From Lama guanicoe (lineage: Eukaryota): a stretch of DNA of 64,000 bases. The position numbers and the translations under genes were made by a program. The stretch is taken from assembly GCA_013239625.1 (NCBI GenBank), contig MU053365.1:2080115-2144114 (forward strand). The letters run 5' to 3'. Shown here one piece after another: positions 1 to 13,839 of the stretch. How positions within the stretch are numbered: the stretch's first letter is position 1; every line of letters starts with the position of its first letter. The notes beneath the pieces were generated by a model. It searched no databases and was not told the DNA's origin. It was given only the letters and a program-made list of their open reading frames with translations.

Positions 1-249
1 AGCTTTCTCCAAATATGCTACTTTATCCCTCTCAAAATGAGCCCACTTCTTTTCTCTGATTCCTTGTAATTCAACATCGGCAAATGAGAACACCCTTTTT
101 GTTGCTGTCTAGTGATAATATGAGAATCATATTACTCATTGACTCATAAAGTTACCTCCTCCTCTGAGGCACAAACCGACTGATTATAACCCTTGTACCA
201 TCAAACTCCTAACCATGGTCTCCTCTCTGTGGTGAATCTCACACACTCT

Positions 250-420
250 TCCCTCAGCTCTGCTGGCTTCAGCCGTACTGACCTTCATTTGATCCCTAAA
301 ACACACCCGTCTCGTTTCTGTCTTGAAGGATTTGTATACGCCGGTGCCCTGCTGGCAATATTCTCCATTATCAGTCTGCTTCCTGTGCCTCCACACACAA
401 CTCTCACTGCCTATGAAGCC
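250..420 (+). mobile_element. L2 LINE fragment (3' region), highly diverged
   Basis: cttcagccgtactgaccttc...aaaacacacccgtctcgtttctgtcttgaaggatttgtat resembles the L2 'ctccagccacactggcctcc...cctcagggcctttgcac' block. Confidence 0.55.
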
Positions 421-465
421 CCGAGTCATCCTCCTAGTCCCCATTTAAATACCCTTAATAGAGCA

Positions 466-825
466 TCTATTAGTCAGGAACTTAGCAAGAAACAGATGGC
501 ATGTCCAAACTAGAATACTTAAAAGAGGGCTTAACTAAGACACTACTTACATAGACGTGGACACATGTAGGGAAACTTCAAGAGACTACAGTACCCTAGG
601 GCAACTAACACCACTAGAGCAGGAGATAAGGGGGGAGAGAACTGGACAGTAAGAGCGCCATGGAGAAGTAAGTACGGTGACAGATGGTCAAGGGACAAAA
701 CCAGCCCAAGACAGTCATGCGAGGAGGAGGGAGTTAGAGGAATAAATATATCTCCTTTTGATCCTTCCTTCCTCTAATCTACCAGAGCATCCCCACTGGG
801 CAAACCAAACCAGAAGTCAGAGAAC
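466..825 (-). mobile_element. ERVL-class solo LTR (LTR33-like)
   Basis: Starts tattagtcaggaacttagcaagaaacagatggcatgtccaaactag, matching the recalled LTR33-type end; subfamily tentative. Confidence 0.55.
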
Positions 826-1800
826 ATCGAGTGTTCTGTATCGGTCGGCTTCCTGTTACGGATCCTCGTTGGTACTCGGGAACAAGTCAGTTTTCCCTAT
901 TAAACACCATGTAGTGCTCTGTATTTATTTTCTTTTCAGATAGCTAAGCCTATATGTTGTCCTTTTAGTAACAATCCTCCTCCTTAGGTTTTAAATTCTT
1001 GAAGAAAGAGTATGGCTTCTATATATTTTATAATATACAGCCTAATGTTATAGCTCACAACTCTGAATTTGCAGCAACATTCACATTCCTCTTGGTACAT
1101 ATGTGCCAGTAGTCAACGTCAAAGCCCTCCATGACACTACAGAACATGCTAACAATATGATGGCTTTGAAGGGCAATGTTTCCATTAAAATTTGAAAGCA
1201 CAGTCTTGTATGTGTTAGGTTCATGCTTCTAGTCCACACTTCTGTGTATCTATGTGCACCGATTATAGATTAACTTATTCTTCAGGTGACTTTGTAATAC
1301 TCCTTGTTTTTGACTCAGGGTTTCATAGCCTTATGGAATAAACTCTTCCACATACTCAAATTTCTTCTCTTACGATTTTCACAGTAATCTACATCAGTGC
1401 TGTGCTCTGTTTTCCTGAGAATACAATGAAATAGAACGTAAATCTACAAAGACAATTGGAAATGCCCTCTTTCAACTAGTGTGTGGAGTATAATGAATTG
1501 AGTACTTCCTCGGGTAGAGACCATTTCAAGGGAAGATCATGTTCCCACCTTCCTCCCTCCCTCAAATTCCCTTGACTTAGTGCTGAGATCCTTGTTCCTA
1601 CCAAAGCAGTGGTATAGCTTTTTTTCTATCTCTCTGGCCAAGTAGAAACTAAGAAAAGTCAGTTATCAAGACCTTCCCAGGAACCTGAGACAGTAGCCAT
1701 TCTCCTGTATTCTGACTGATCTCCTCAACACTGGTAGCCACTTACCTTTGGACTGCTCTCTAAGTAGTTTTCCTTTCCATTCAGAACAGAATATTACAAA

Positions 1801-2281
1801 AGAAGTTGTGGTGTATTTATACAATGGAATACTGCTCAGCTATGAAAAAGAATAAAATCATACCATTTGCAGCAACATGGATGGACCAGGAGATTGTCAT
1901 TCTAAGTGAAGTAAGCCAGAAAGAGAAAGAAAATACCATGATATCACTTATATGTGGAAGCTAAAAAAAAAGAGAAGTAAACTTACTTACAGAACAGAAA
2001 CAGACTCACAAACATAGAAAACAAATTTATGATTACCAGGAGGGGAAGGGAGTGTGGAAGGATAAACTGGGAGTTGGGATTTGTAGCTACTAACTACTGT
2101 ATATAAAATAAACAACAAGGTCCTACTGTATAGCATGGGGAACTATATTCAATATCCTATAGTAACCTATAATGAAAAAGAATATAAAAATGAATGTGTG
2201 TATGTATATGTATGATTGAACCATTATGCTGTACACCAGAAATTGACACAGCATTGTAAACTGAGTGTACTTCAATAAAAA
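1801..2281 (+). mobile_element. Young 5'-truncated L1 (ORF2 end + 3' UTR) with perfect 18-bp TSD
   Basis: ccatttgcagcaacatggatggacc L1 motif, aataaa plus A-tail; TSD agaacagaatattacaaa at 1783-1800 and 2282-2299. Confidence 0.95.
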
Positions 2282-3129
2282 AGAACAGAATATTACAAAT
2301 ACAAATATTTTTCAAAGCACTGGTTATAGTTCTAAAAATGCCTCCTTGCTAAGTGAAATGCCATTCGGACTGAGCTTTCCACGGTCATGTGATAATGCTA
2401 ACCAGGCCTGACTGGCCCATTATCAATTGGCCTTTTGGGCCACTGCAGGCACTTACTGTGCTATCCAGTAAAGCCCAGCACGCATAGGGACATTTGGGTA
2501 TTTGCTGGATCAGTGCAGTAACACTGTGTTTTATCACTGTTTTTAGCAGTCAAGACTGCACATTCAAAAAGGACAATATTCTAAGCAGCGACTCGATTTG
2601 GTTTGCATAACCTTTGAATATAATCTAATCTGTTTCAGACTTTTGGCTCAAAGTCACTTTAATGTCATCACATTTTCCTGCATTACAGTCTATTTTTTGA
2701 GCCTTCATAAAAAAAACCCTTTAAATAAGTATTTTGATGCACTTATTGATGCTTTCAACTTGAGATTACATTTTTATCAGGTTAATAGAACTATTAAAGA
2801 GGGACAAACCTATTCAGATAATTTGGGGGAGTAGCCATATTTTTAAAGTAATGTTAAACTGTTTTTATCCATTGAACTGATACATCATGTTGATGGTGTT
2901 TTAGACAGTTAGCTGGATTCAACACATTGTATAGAATGCTCTATGACCAACCTCAAATAATAAGGGCGTCTCTCTATGACTTTGCCACAAACTGGACCAC
3001 AAAATTTTGACTTAGATTATCAAAAAAGAGTAATTATACAAGACCATTGTTTAGATCCCAGTTTGATTAATTCTGCAGGTGACTATCATACCACACGTTT
3101 CCTTCCTTTCTCTTTACATTCACAGAGAC

Positions 3130-3280
3130 GGAGCTTGAAAGAACTTCAGTTTATTTTACCCAATCCCTTCCTTTCACAGCTAAAGAAACTGAGGTCCAGA
3201 AAGGAGAAAGATGTGCCCCTGATTACAACATCCAACAGATCTCAAGTCATCTCAATCCTATTCCTTGCCCAGTGTTCTGT
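3130..3280 (-). mobile_element. MIR SINE fragment
   Basis: ttcacagctaaagaaactgaggtccagaaagg = MIR core (ttacagatgaggaaactgaggc). Confidence 0.65.
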
Positions 3281-4109
3281 CCACACATAGGGTATGAATG
3301 AAATCAGGTCACCCAGTAGATAGAGGGGAGAGTGACAGTCATAGAATTAGGTTGAGAAACACAAGGTTGTACTTAGTTTAGAGTGTCCAGCATGGAAATA
3401 AGGCATATCAGAAGATCCATCCAACTCCTTACCCTGCATCTCAAGCCCAGAGTCGCATGAATAAAACATTCATTATGATACACAGTAGCCTGTTTACACA
3501 GATCCATAAGTAATGAATTGTATTAATATTGAATTTGGTATATGTGGGGACATCATAAAGAATCACAAAGCACTGGATCAACCAAACATTTATGTCATAT
3601 CCAATTCTGCCTGTGTCAGAGGGACATGGCCATGATTGGCTAGAGATGAACCGGACTCATGAAAAACGTTGCCCCAGTATGTCTCTAAGCAATGTAAATA
3701 CATTTTTTCAAACTCGACTCTTAAGCTTGATGAAATTCTCTTTCAGGGAGATCTCAAATGTAATCCCACCACCAGCAATTTCCATAATCTAAATAAATTA
3801 CAAGTAAATTACTTAGGAAACACTTGAAAGACTAAGGATAGAACAGTGACAAAAATTAATTGATTTTGACTTCACTAATTTGTGACTGGATAAATCAAAT
3901 GACAGTTGTCAGGACCCTCATATTTCAAACTCTACTGGACATCATGAGACAAATCTAAAGTAACACCCATGGAAAAGCTCACTGAGGCTGAGTTTCACAT
4001 AAAATGTGCAATTTGATATTTTACATATAAAATGCAATAGAAATATATTGATATGTGCATGTAACTATTGACTTCTATGATTACCCCCACTTCATTTCGA
4101 GTTACTATT

Positions 4110-4278
4110 TATATTGTGATGGAAAAGCATGATATAGCAGAAAGATCCCAGCTGTTCAATTAAGACAAACCTGGCTTTAAAATTTGACTTCATTCCAGAA
4201 AATGAAATTAATTAACTTCCTAGAACTAAAAATTCCTCATCTATAAACTAGAGCTACTAACATTACCTTGCAGATAGC
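4110..4278 (+). mobile_element. MIR SINE fragment
   Basis: agacaaacctggctttaaaa...attcctcatctataaacta...ttaccttgcaga core. Confidence 0.65.
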
Positions 4279-4677
4279 ATTTTTCAGCAAATGGTACCTG
4301 AATCACGTTTAATGAATATAATCTCCCTAATGCCATCTCAGTCGCTAAAATAAAAAAAGATATTGGAAATGCCAAATATGGAAAATACAAATTAGATTTT
4401 TAGCACATTGATATTTCTCTGTACTTACCAATCAGAGTGTCATAACTTTATGGAAGTAACCTCTCTATGTCCATTAAGCCAACTTCAGTATCTCTGTCTT
4501 CTTTTGTGTGATTTAACTTTTTTAAGTTTTGTTTATATTCTAAATTAATGTTGACATTATACTTTTTATTTCCTACTTTTCAAATTCTCTAAATTGCTTT
4601 TTTTTAAATTGTTTTTTAAACAATTGTTAAAAAAATAACCTCTACATTTAAGGGGTCTATGAACAATGATTTATCCA

Positions 4678-5336
4678 CAGCCATTATTCTCAGTGTGTAG
4701 TCTACAGACTTCTGTGGACCCCCAAGATCCTTTCAGGGGGATCTGCGAGGTCAAAACAATGTTCTCAATAATAGTAAGATACTATTTGCCCTTTTCACTG
4801 TGTGGACATTTGCAGCAACGGATAAACCTGGGGCCTGAGCATGAGTCAAGGTAGTGGCTCCACAAAAAGTCAGTTTCACTTAAGAATATTTCTGGAGAAG
4901 CAAGGGAAATTATTAACTTAATTAAATCTTGACCTTCAGGCCATGACTTTTTAATATTCAGTATAACACATGAGGAGTACACATAAAACACTTCTACTGT
5001 GTATGGAGGTAGGGTGGTTGCCTTAATGAAAAGCACTTGTGTGATTGTTTTAGTTGCAAGCTGAATTAGTGATTTGTTTCATGGCACGCCATTCTTACTT
5101 GATAATAACGACTTAAAAACTATACCTTTGTCAGATATGGGTATTTAGCAAACAGTTCCTTGGAAATGAACAAAATGAGCCTGTCACTTCAAGAAAAACA
5201 ACTGCCAGTGATAAAATTCAAAAATTTTAGTAAAAATTAAAATTTTGGAAAACTTGCATCCACCACAGTAAGCTTGAAACCTTCCTAATACTTAAACTCC
5301 CTTCTAATGATTGGTGATATTTTAAAAATATGATTA
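4678..5336 (+). mobile_element. hAT-Charlie DNA transposon (Charlie1-type), left part
   Basis: cccccaagatcctttcagggggatctgcgaggtcaaaac...ttttcactgtgtggacatttgca matches the recalled Charlie1 left end. Confidence 0.8.
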
Positions 5337-5344
5337 GGTAGCTA

Positions 5345-6262
5345 TTATCTAAGTATTTGCTCAATTGAAATCAAAGCACAGATCCACAGGATGTTAATAG
5401 GAGCTTTAATCATCATCAGCCCAAACTGGAAACAACTCAAACGCCCATCAACCGGTAACTGGCTAAATAAACTGTGGTGCATTGATACAACAGCATATTT
5501 AGTGACAAAAAGGAACTTGTAGTAGGCAGGAAAAATGACTCTCTAAAGATGTTTATGCCTTAATCCTTGGAAACTGTAAATGTGTTATGTTATTTTTTAA
5601 AAAGAACTTTCACATGGGAATAATGGTAAGGACCTTGAGATAGAGAAATTATCCAAGGTTACCCAGGCAGGCCAATCTAATACCATCAATCCTTAAAAGC
5701 AGAAAGCACTCCCTGGTGGCAGCCGGGGAGAACTGTGATGCTAGGGTCAGAGAGATTCAGAGTGGTTGGTTTTGAAGATGTAGGAACGGGACCCCAGGCA
5801 AGGGATGGAGAAGCTAGAAAAGGCACGAAAGTGGCTGCTCCCCTAGAGCCTCCAGAAAGGAGGAGAGCCTTGCTGATAGCTTGATTTTAGCCCCATAAGA
5901 CTTATGTCAGACTTATGATGTATAGAATTTTAACATAATAAATTTGTGTTTTACAACAACATAAATGAATATTAAATGTGTTGTGCTAAGTGACAGAAAA
6001 CCATGTATCATTCCATTTACATGTATTCTGAAAAAGCAAAGCTACAGAAATAGGCAACATATGAATGGTTACCAAAGACTGGCGTTGGAAGGAGAAATTG
6101 GATACACAGGGGCAGCAGATAAAACTTTTGGAGTCATGGAAATGTCCTATATCTATCTTTTAGTGATGTTTACATGAATGCTTGCATTTGTCAAAAAGAA
6201 CTAGTCACCAAAAAGGACATAGCTAACTGAGTGTAAATAACACCTCAATGAAGCTGACTTCG
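5345..6262 (+). mobile_element. Old L1 (L1MC/L1ME-like) 3' end, split by an MLT1 LTR
   Basis: ccaaactggaaacaactcaaacgcccatcaacc...aaactgtggtgcattgatacaa; resumes acataaatgaatattaaatgtgttgtgctaagtga. Confidence 0.8.
5518..5955 (+). mobile_element. MaLR LTR (MLT1D-like)
   Basis: tgtagtaggcaggaaaaatgactctctaaagatg start; cccctagagcctccagaaagg; ataataaatttgtgtt end. Confidence 0.85.
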
Positions 6263-6267
6263 AAATG

Positions 6268-6401
6268 TTTTTTTTTTCAGTTTTAATTTCACATATAGTA
6301 AATATCAAGAGAGAAAAAGCACATAAACAAAAGCTCTTTGGGGTCCCGAATGATTTTGAGAGTGTAGAGGATCCCTGAACCCTAAGAGTTTTGGAACCTG
6401 T
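6268..6401 (+). mobile_element. Charlie1-type transposon, right end
   Basis: cacataaacaaaagctctttggggtcc...gagttttggaacctgtg matches the recalled Charlie1 right terminus. Confidence 0.8.
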
Positions 6402-6583
6402 GATTGAGTAGCTACTTCCAACTAGATCATTGTACTTGGGAAGAAGAATAAATGTTTTTATCAGTTCCAAAATTATTTTTGGTCACTACTGGACTGTAAG
6501 CACCATGAAGGTAGAAAGCTTATTCTGGTAACTTGTTCCCACAGTATCACCAGAACATAGCACAGAATCTGGCACAAAGCATC

Positions 6584-7023
6584 TGCATCGAACTCCTATT
6601 GACGATGGAACAAATTATCACATACTTAGTGGTGTGACATAACATAACATCTTTTGGTTCTTGAGGTCAGAAGTCTGAAATGGGTCTTAAGGGGCTAAAA
6701 CCAAGATGTCAGAGATGCGTTCTTTCTGGAGACTCTAGGCTTGCCTTTTCCAGCTTCTAGAGCCTGCCTCAGTTCCTTGGTTTCTGGCCCCTCCCTCCAC
6801 CATCAAAGTGATGTAGCATTCTTCTAACGTCTCTCTGACTCTGATTTTCTGTATGTCTCTCCCATCTTTCAGGACCCTTGCCAGCCCAAAAGGAGAATCC
6901 AGAACAAGATCTTAAACTTAATTACATCTTCAAAGTCCCTTCTGCCATGTTAGGTGCTACAGTCACAGGTTCCAGGGATTAGGATACGGATATCTTTGGG
7001 GAGCCATTTTTTTGCCTACCACA
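6584..7023 (-). mobile_element. MaLR LTR (MLT1C/D-like) inserted in an L2 3' end
   Basis: gaggtcagaagtctgaaatgggtc...cacaggttccagggattagga...gcctaccaca; preceded by L2-tail ggactgtaagcaccatgaagg. Confidence 0.85.
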
Positions 7024-7064
7024 GTACACACACAATAAAAAATGTATAACAACTCCATCGGGAA

Positions 7065-7970
7065 ACCATTCATATACCTTACAATTCACGCCTTTAAAGC
7101 ATGCAATTCAATGGTTTTAGTATATTCATGGAGTTGTACATCTAGCAACACAATCAATTTTAGAACATTTTCATCACGCTAAAGAGAAACTCCAGGCCCA
7201 TTAGCAGTCTCTGTCTATTTCCTTCCAAACTACACAACAGACAACCAATAACATACCTTCTGCCTGTGTAAATTTATGTAAATGAAATCATGCAACCTGT
7301 GGTCTTTTGTGAATGACTTTCACTTAGCATATTTTCCAGATTCACTAATGACGTAGCATGGATCCGTACTTCATTTCTTTTTATGGATGAACAGTACATA
7401 TTTGTCCATTGAAGAGACATTTACGTTGTTTCCACTTTTTGTTATTATGGAGAATGCTGCTATGAACATTTGTGTGCAAGTCTTTGTATGAACATAAGTT
7501 TTCTAAGTATTTGTCTTAGGAATACACCTAGAAGTGAAATTGCTAGGTCGCACAGTAACTCTATTTTTAACTTTTTGAGGAACCACCAAACTGTTCTCCA
7601 CAGAAGCTGTGCCATTTTACATTGTCATCAACAGTGCACGAGGGTTCTAATTTTTCCACATTCTCACCCAAACTTTTTATCTATCATTTAAATTAAACAA
7701 TCTTAATGTGTGTGAAGTGATATCTCACTATGATTATTTTTTATCTCATTATGGTTTTCACTCACATTTTCCTGATGACTAATGATGTTGGATACCTTTT
7801 CATATGTTTATTGGACATTTAAATATTTTCTTTGGAAAATAAATATCTATTCAAATCCCTTGCATATATTTGAATTAGGTTATTTTTCTTTTTATTATTG
7901 AGTTGTAGAATTCTTTATATTGTCTAGATTCAAGTCAGATAAAAGATTTGTAAATCTTTTCTGCCATTCT
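7065..7970 (-). mobile_element. L1 (L1MB-like) 3' end
   Basis: caattcaatggttttagtatattca...ttttgaggaaccaccaaactgttctccacag reverse-complement L1 motifs. Confidence 0.9.
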
Positions 7971-8642
7971 TGTGTATGTGTGTGTGTTTTTTAAGGTATG
8001 ACAGGCCAGGTTCCTTTTTCATAAAAATAATATGCCATATCAATCAATTTTTAAATCAAATCCTTAAAAGAAATTTTTTAAATACTGAATTTTCTAGTTG
8101 TCAAACAATATAGTCACGGGATGAAAAAAGATAAAAGACAAATAATGGAAATAAAAACTCTGAAACTACTCCAATGCCTAAAATAAGAAATTTGAAAAAT
8201 AAACAATTTATGTTATTGTTTGGAAAATATGGTTTACTCTTAATCTCACATTCACTTTGAATGCTTGACATATAATTTAATACCTAAAAATACTCTAGTT
8301 AAATTATTTGACAATATTTTTATAGTGTTACTTTCCTGATAGACATGTTTTATGCAACAGTTTTTAATTAGCACTGAAAAAAACCTCTTGATAGTTTTAA
8401 TCAGAGCTGATTGATGAATGGGTTAATAATTTACTCAGTGATACTAATGGCATGAGGACCAATAAAGGGAATAATCTGATAATTGTTCCTGGTGCAATTC
8501 TGCCTGTTAATAATACTAATCCAGGATTTTGACACATATTCCATTCAGTTGCATTATATATTTCTTTGTGTGTAATTTTTACAAAAATAGCTGTATAATT
8601 CTGAGCTTTATTGCTTTTTCTTTTTCCTTCCTTCTCTCCTTT

Positions 8643-9177
8643 TATAGGGGAGAAAAAATAATTTGTCCTCTACCCTCCTAGGTTCTTGGCTGAGACCCCC
8701 TGTGATAAAAGGCATTAATAGGAGAAAAAGAAACAGAAGTTTAATAACATGGATACCTCCTGAAAACATGGAGGAGACCCAGGAAAACTAACTCCACAAA
8801 ATGGGCCCATCACTTTAAATACCATCCCAAGCGAAGGACAAAATAAGATGTTGGGGGTTGGGGGAGCCAGTTGTGGAAGGTGACCGAGAAAAGCACAGTA
8901 AACAAGGGTAAAGTTGTTATGCAGATTTAAGTGATTCCTTTTCCATTGGTAAGAGTTTCTAGAGATTAGAGTCATCTTTTTCTTCCCCGTGTGAAGAGAG
9001 AGACACCCTAACAAATGGAAATTTTCCTTATAAATGTAAATGTCCCTTATAAAAGCGTAACTTCTACTTAGTTTTTGGTGCTTTTCCTGTGTCTGCCTTT
9101 TCTTGGAAATCATCAGCTCAAAATAATCCTTAGGACAAAGACGTATGTTTTGGGGTGGCATAGTCTGCTCCCTTTCA
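8643..9177 (-). mobile_element. ERV1-class solo LTR (MER34/MER39-like)
   Basis: Minus strand begins tgaaagggagcagactatgccaccccaaaacatacg...aaggattattttgagctga; well preserved. Confidence 0.75.
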
Positions 9178-9305
9178 TTTTTCTTTAGCTCTTTCTTTCC
9201 TCCTTTTCCTTTTTGAGAGAAGTTCAGTGATTTGGGGGTTGGCTAGTACAATACAGAGAACCCACAGGGAAAACCACAAAATAACACTCAACCCCAATGC
9301 CAGTA

Positions 9306-9749
9306 CAGCTCTTCCTCATCTTATGATGGGGTTACTTCCTGATAAACATATCTTAAGTAGAAAATATAGTAAGTCAAAACTACACTTAACCTACCAAACA
9401 TCATAGCTTAGCCTTGCCTACCCTAAATATGCTTAGAACACTTACATTAGCCTATAGTTAGACAAATTCATCTAACACGAAGTCTATTTTATAATAAGGT
9501 GTTGACTATCTCCTGTAGTTTGTTGAATACTGTGCTGAAAGTAAAAAGCAGAATGGTTGCACGAGGACAGAATGGTTGTAAGTGTATCGGTCAGTTACCC
9601 TCATGACCGCGTGGCTGACTGGGAGCTGTGGCTCACTGCTGCTTCCCAGCATCAGGAGACATATGGTTTCTGCTGAATGTGTATTGCTTTCACACCATGG
9701 TAAAGTTGAAAAACTGAAAGATGAATCATTGTAAGTTGGGGACCATCTG
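9306..9749 (+). mobile_element. TcMar-Tigger non-autonomous element (MER47/Tigger5-like), full length
   Basis: TIRs cagctcttcctcatcttatgatgg / tcattgtaagttggggaccatctg flanked by TA at 9304-9305 and 9750-9751. Confidence 0.88.
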
Positions 9750-10419
9750 TACTCATCTCATTAGGGTTATAACTAAGGAGATTATTAATTTTTGTGTTAT
9801 TCCCTTTCCCTTCAAACATAAATCAAAGACATTAGCTTGAATTTGAAGTAGATACACAATACATATATTACATTACATCTTGACATATTGGAAACTGAAT
9901 AGCTGTGCTGATTTGCATTTTGTCTTCATGAAACAAGAAGAGAAAAACATTCAATTAGGGAGGGTTAGACTGAAAATAAAGCTTTTAAAGTTAAAATATC
10001 TTCTTTTCCCTTTGTACTTTTCGCAGGCTACACAGTATCCTGAGAGGATTCACTATGAGAAAAATGTCATTCACAGCTTTAAGATCTTTCCTTGGTAGGA
10101 ACTAATGAGAAAGCAAGTTAGAAAGTGAGACTTCATCTTTGTTTTCATATAAGTGGTCTTCAAGTTTTCTTCTTATAGGAAAAATTTAAATCGGTTTATT
10201 ACAGATATATGTAAACTACTGTTTTTCTCAACTTTCAGGTACAGTCCAGCACTTTCTCATATAAAATCTATATGAAAGAGGCTCTAGAGATAATCTAATC
10301 TTAAATTGTGACATCATCCATTCAAGTCTTTAGCCTAATCCATTCCTAGTAAAGTTTAGAAAAACCTTTCAATATTGGACAATGTCTTTTGTTGCCTCTC
10401 CCCTGTCTTTCTCATGAAA

Positions 10420-13400
10420 ATAGATTGGGTCCTGATTCAGTTCTGGAAGAAAAGAAAGAATGGGTCCATCGGAGACTTCAAAGGTAAGCATCTTAACACG
10501 TTTACAGCATTCAGAATAAACTCTGAAGCATAAATGTCCTCATCTCTCGCCTCGCTTTTTGTGCCAGAAATTGGGAAAGTATTTAAAGGCAAGCAAATAT
10601 TAGAATGGCAAAGAGCCTCATTTACACATTTCCAACATCTCTGAACATTTTGAAAGAGCCTTAGAATAGAGACAGAATATGACTCAAAAGAAATTGATGG
10701 CCTTTTAGGAAAAATGAATGATGTTCCCACCCTAGTCATTACACACTGGAAGGAAGGACTCTCTCAAAACAGATACTTGTACAAATTCTAAACCGAAAAG
10801 ATATGGGGAAAAATTATTCTGTGTTAGCTAAGAAAACAAAGGAAAAAATAGAATATGAGTAATCAACAGAGGTGCTCCAAAGGGAAATAAAACACCAAAT
10901 TTCCTGTCTTTACCCTTAAACTCATAAGAAGAAATTTCTCAAAACATTAAAGGACAACCTGAATAAATTTTATCTTGATGTGAGCACTATAATGCAAACC
11001 TTAGGCCTACCACTCTTACACGTCTCCCTTGAAGTCAAGAAACTTCTCAGGTGGTGAGTATCTCTAATAATTCACGGGCCTTCCCCATGTTCTGGTCCAT
11101 AATAATCATCCTCAGATCTTTAGCCAAAAAACATTATTTCCTCCTCTGTGATACCACATTCCCTAATTTGATAGAAAGGGATTTAGTATGCAAAGAGAAT
11201 TGCCAGGTAAAAGGACCTCTTGATGGTCTCTTCCCCAAAATCCTTGAAAACTTCTTTATTGATAATTAGATCATAGCTAATTTAGACACATTGATTTAAT
11301 ACTACCCTTGTGTCTAAATCAAGCTCAAATGGAAGATCTCAAAGAGGTACCAGAGTTTTTTGTGGGCCAAATAATCTGATATAGGTAGGATTATTGGGGC
11401 TGAACCCATGAAAGTTCAGACTGATTTATCTAAACCTCTAGCCAAACTCATAAACCATAAGCTTACGGAAGTACGGAATAGTTAAAAGCTTATTAGAAGA
11501 AAGACTTGCAAAATTTTCTACCAATCCTTGTAACACTCCTAACCTTGTAGTCCTAAAACCCATTGGGCAAAGATGTAGATTTGTTCAAGACTTCAGAGTC
11601 ATAATTAAAGTAGACATTCTCTGCTTTCCTATAGCATACAAACCAAATACTGTTTTCTATTAGCAAAATATTCCTAGGTGGCAGAACTCACTGTGCTCCT
11701 CAGAGACTGGAGGTAAGAGGGCAGATATATACACTGGTAGCAGATAGGGTTTGGGCGTTAGTTGGCATTTTTGGAGTTCTTCGGAAACAGCTAACTTTCC
11801 TGTCTTCATCAGGAAACCCAATTAAGAGTGGTCAACAGATAATATAAATTTTGATTGCTCTAATGCTTACTAAGTGGGTGGCTATTATCAAGGGAGGGGC
11901 ACATATAAAAGTGAATAAGGTGGAAGCTAAAGAAAATGTTCTAGCTAATCATTAAGTCTGGTACTTCATCTCTAAACCCTCACTAAGATCCTAACCTGTA
12001 TGATAGCTCAAGGGACTAAATCTTAAGAGAGTTTCAAAGAGAGTATTACAGATTGCCAGCCATTGGATTCAAGTCAGAGAAGGATTCCTAAGAGAAATCT
12101 GTATTCAAATTGCATAAGGATTACTGAGTGATGATCCCTACCAGAGACCTCAAGCTTCTACCTAGGACCTCTGGACCAAGTAGCCAACCATGTGAGAATT
12201 AGACAGCTTCCATTCAAAATCCATGGAACAAGATGAAAATTGTCATGTTTTAATCTTCAGTCGTTTGTTCTTAATTTTCCTAGCTATCGTTTGTTCTCTT
12301 TCACTGTATTCAGGCTATTTTTAACTATGTTACTTAGTGATCCTTAATCACTTCTTGATGTGAGTCCAATACCTAGTTACAATTTACACATGAACTGGAT
12401 AATGTATATAACCACACTGACTCTTGGGTTCGATGTACACTTTCCTTTGAGTACCACCTAATTTCCTTTGGTACAACATCCTTAAAATGAATCAGTAGAT
12501 TTCCTGGGTAACTGAGCTTAATTGTTTAATGACCCTTAAATGACAAACACACAAATAGGCCAGCCATGCAGAAATCTAAAGCCTTTCTCATATCAGACCT
12601 AGAAAAGGAGGTATGGGTACATTTCATGAGAACTAACTTTTGTAACCAACTTTCACAGAAATAGAAATAAAGAGAGCTGGGGAACAGGTGGTATATATTT
12701 GGAAACTGTCTCATGTTCACAGATCTTACAAGTAAGAGGCATTACTCTTTTGCTTTAGATCCACCTAATAAACCCTATAATAATTTCATCAACTAAGAGC
12801 AGATCATCCTTAATGAGCAGCATCAAAAGGTTACGATAGCTTGCCAATTTCATGGAGGTATTTTGGTTAAAAGGAGATCATTGGGTGTAGCCCTCCTATG
12901 ACTTGTATTGGGTTTTTGCCACAAAAGCCTACTGACTACTTACCGCAACTGGGTAGGACCTTAACTTGGTAAAGTGATGCCTCCTTTCAGGATAGGCCAT
13001 GATGGAACCTAGGATCCATTTTGGCTCATCATTTTCCCCCATAGGAAAAATGTATCATTTATATTAATGATTTCAAGACAGAAAAAGAAAAGCTGTCCTT
13101 TACTTCAAGAAAGAAAACAGTGGTCCAAATCCTAACTTCTGAAAGGCAATTCTGGATTGCTTCACTTCACTTCACACTTTACAAGAGGCCCAGGAATGAG
13201 AGAATCCTACATGCTAGGTTTCAGAGAATAAAAGGCAAGTTAGACAATGCCACCAGGGCTACAGAACTTTTTACTTGAAAGGTCATTGACATTGGGCTAT
13301 GGAAGTTCAAAAGAGACCTGCCTCGGATATGATGTTGGCTTTTTAAGGGAGGACATGTGGTGTTTTAGGAGAAGAGCATGCAGACTTCTCTAAGATCTTA

Positions 13401-13835
13401 ATATAAGTAAAAGATTAATGAAAGAAATAAAGAACTAAAAAAATTGGGCAAGTTGGCGAATAACCCCATATGTGGTCTTTCCAGTTCTTTAGGTTAGGGA
13501 TGTTATCCATTCATTTGGTCTAATTTTGGGGTTCTTGTCTCCTGGAGGAAACTCTAATATAATCTTTCTTTTAGTATTTGTCTGTGTTTCAGTGTTTACA
13601 TGTGTGATCTCTAAACTCTCTAATGCTGCAGTATAGTTGCCGGCCTATAAAATGTTCTAACAAATGATTCAACTGAATGAACAGGAAAATCCAGCACATA
13701 CAGAAGGTGAAACACTCAGCCTTGGAAACTGATATGCAATCATGATATCCCAAATGGTGGTGAAGATCTGGCTTGATCTTAGCCCCAGATATTAATGGTC
13801 AAAACTTCGTTTAAAACTGAGGAATGACCACAGAG
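10420..13835 (+). pseudogene. Decayed class I (gamma-like) ERV internal region: gag/pro remnants, RT N-terminus, RNase H, env
   Basis: 11526-: PCNTPNLVVLKPIGQRCRFVQDFRVI (RT); ~11677-11950: VAELTVL / GKRADIYTGSR* / EAKENVLANH (RNase H); 13296-13379: AMEVQKRPASDMMLAF*GRTCGVLGEEH (env ISD + CX6CC relic); many stops and frameshifts. Confidence 0.9.
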
Positions 13836-13839
13836 ACAC

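Noticed and set aside
7985..8640. AT-rich stretch after the L1 as a processed-pseudogene 3'UTR
   Set aside because: No clear poly(A), TSD or recognisable parent gene.
8643..9177. 5' LTR partner of the ERV at 10.4-14.8 kb
   Set aside because: Opposite strand and no similarity to the 3' LTR.
12230..13700. Domesticated env (syncytin-like) gene
   Set aside because: Multiple stops and frameshifts, a stop beside the ISD and a lost CX6CC; no long ORF.
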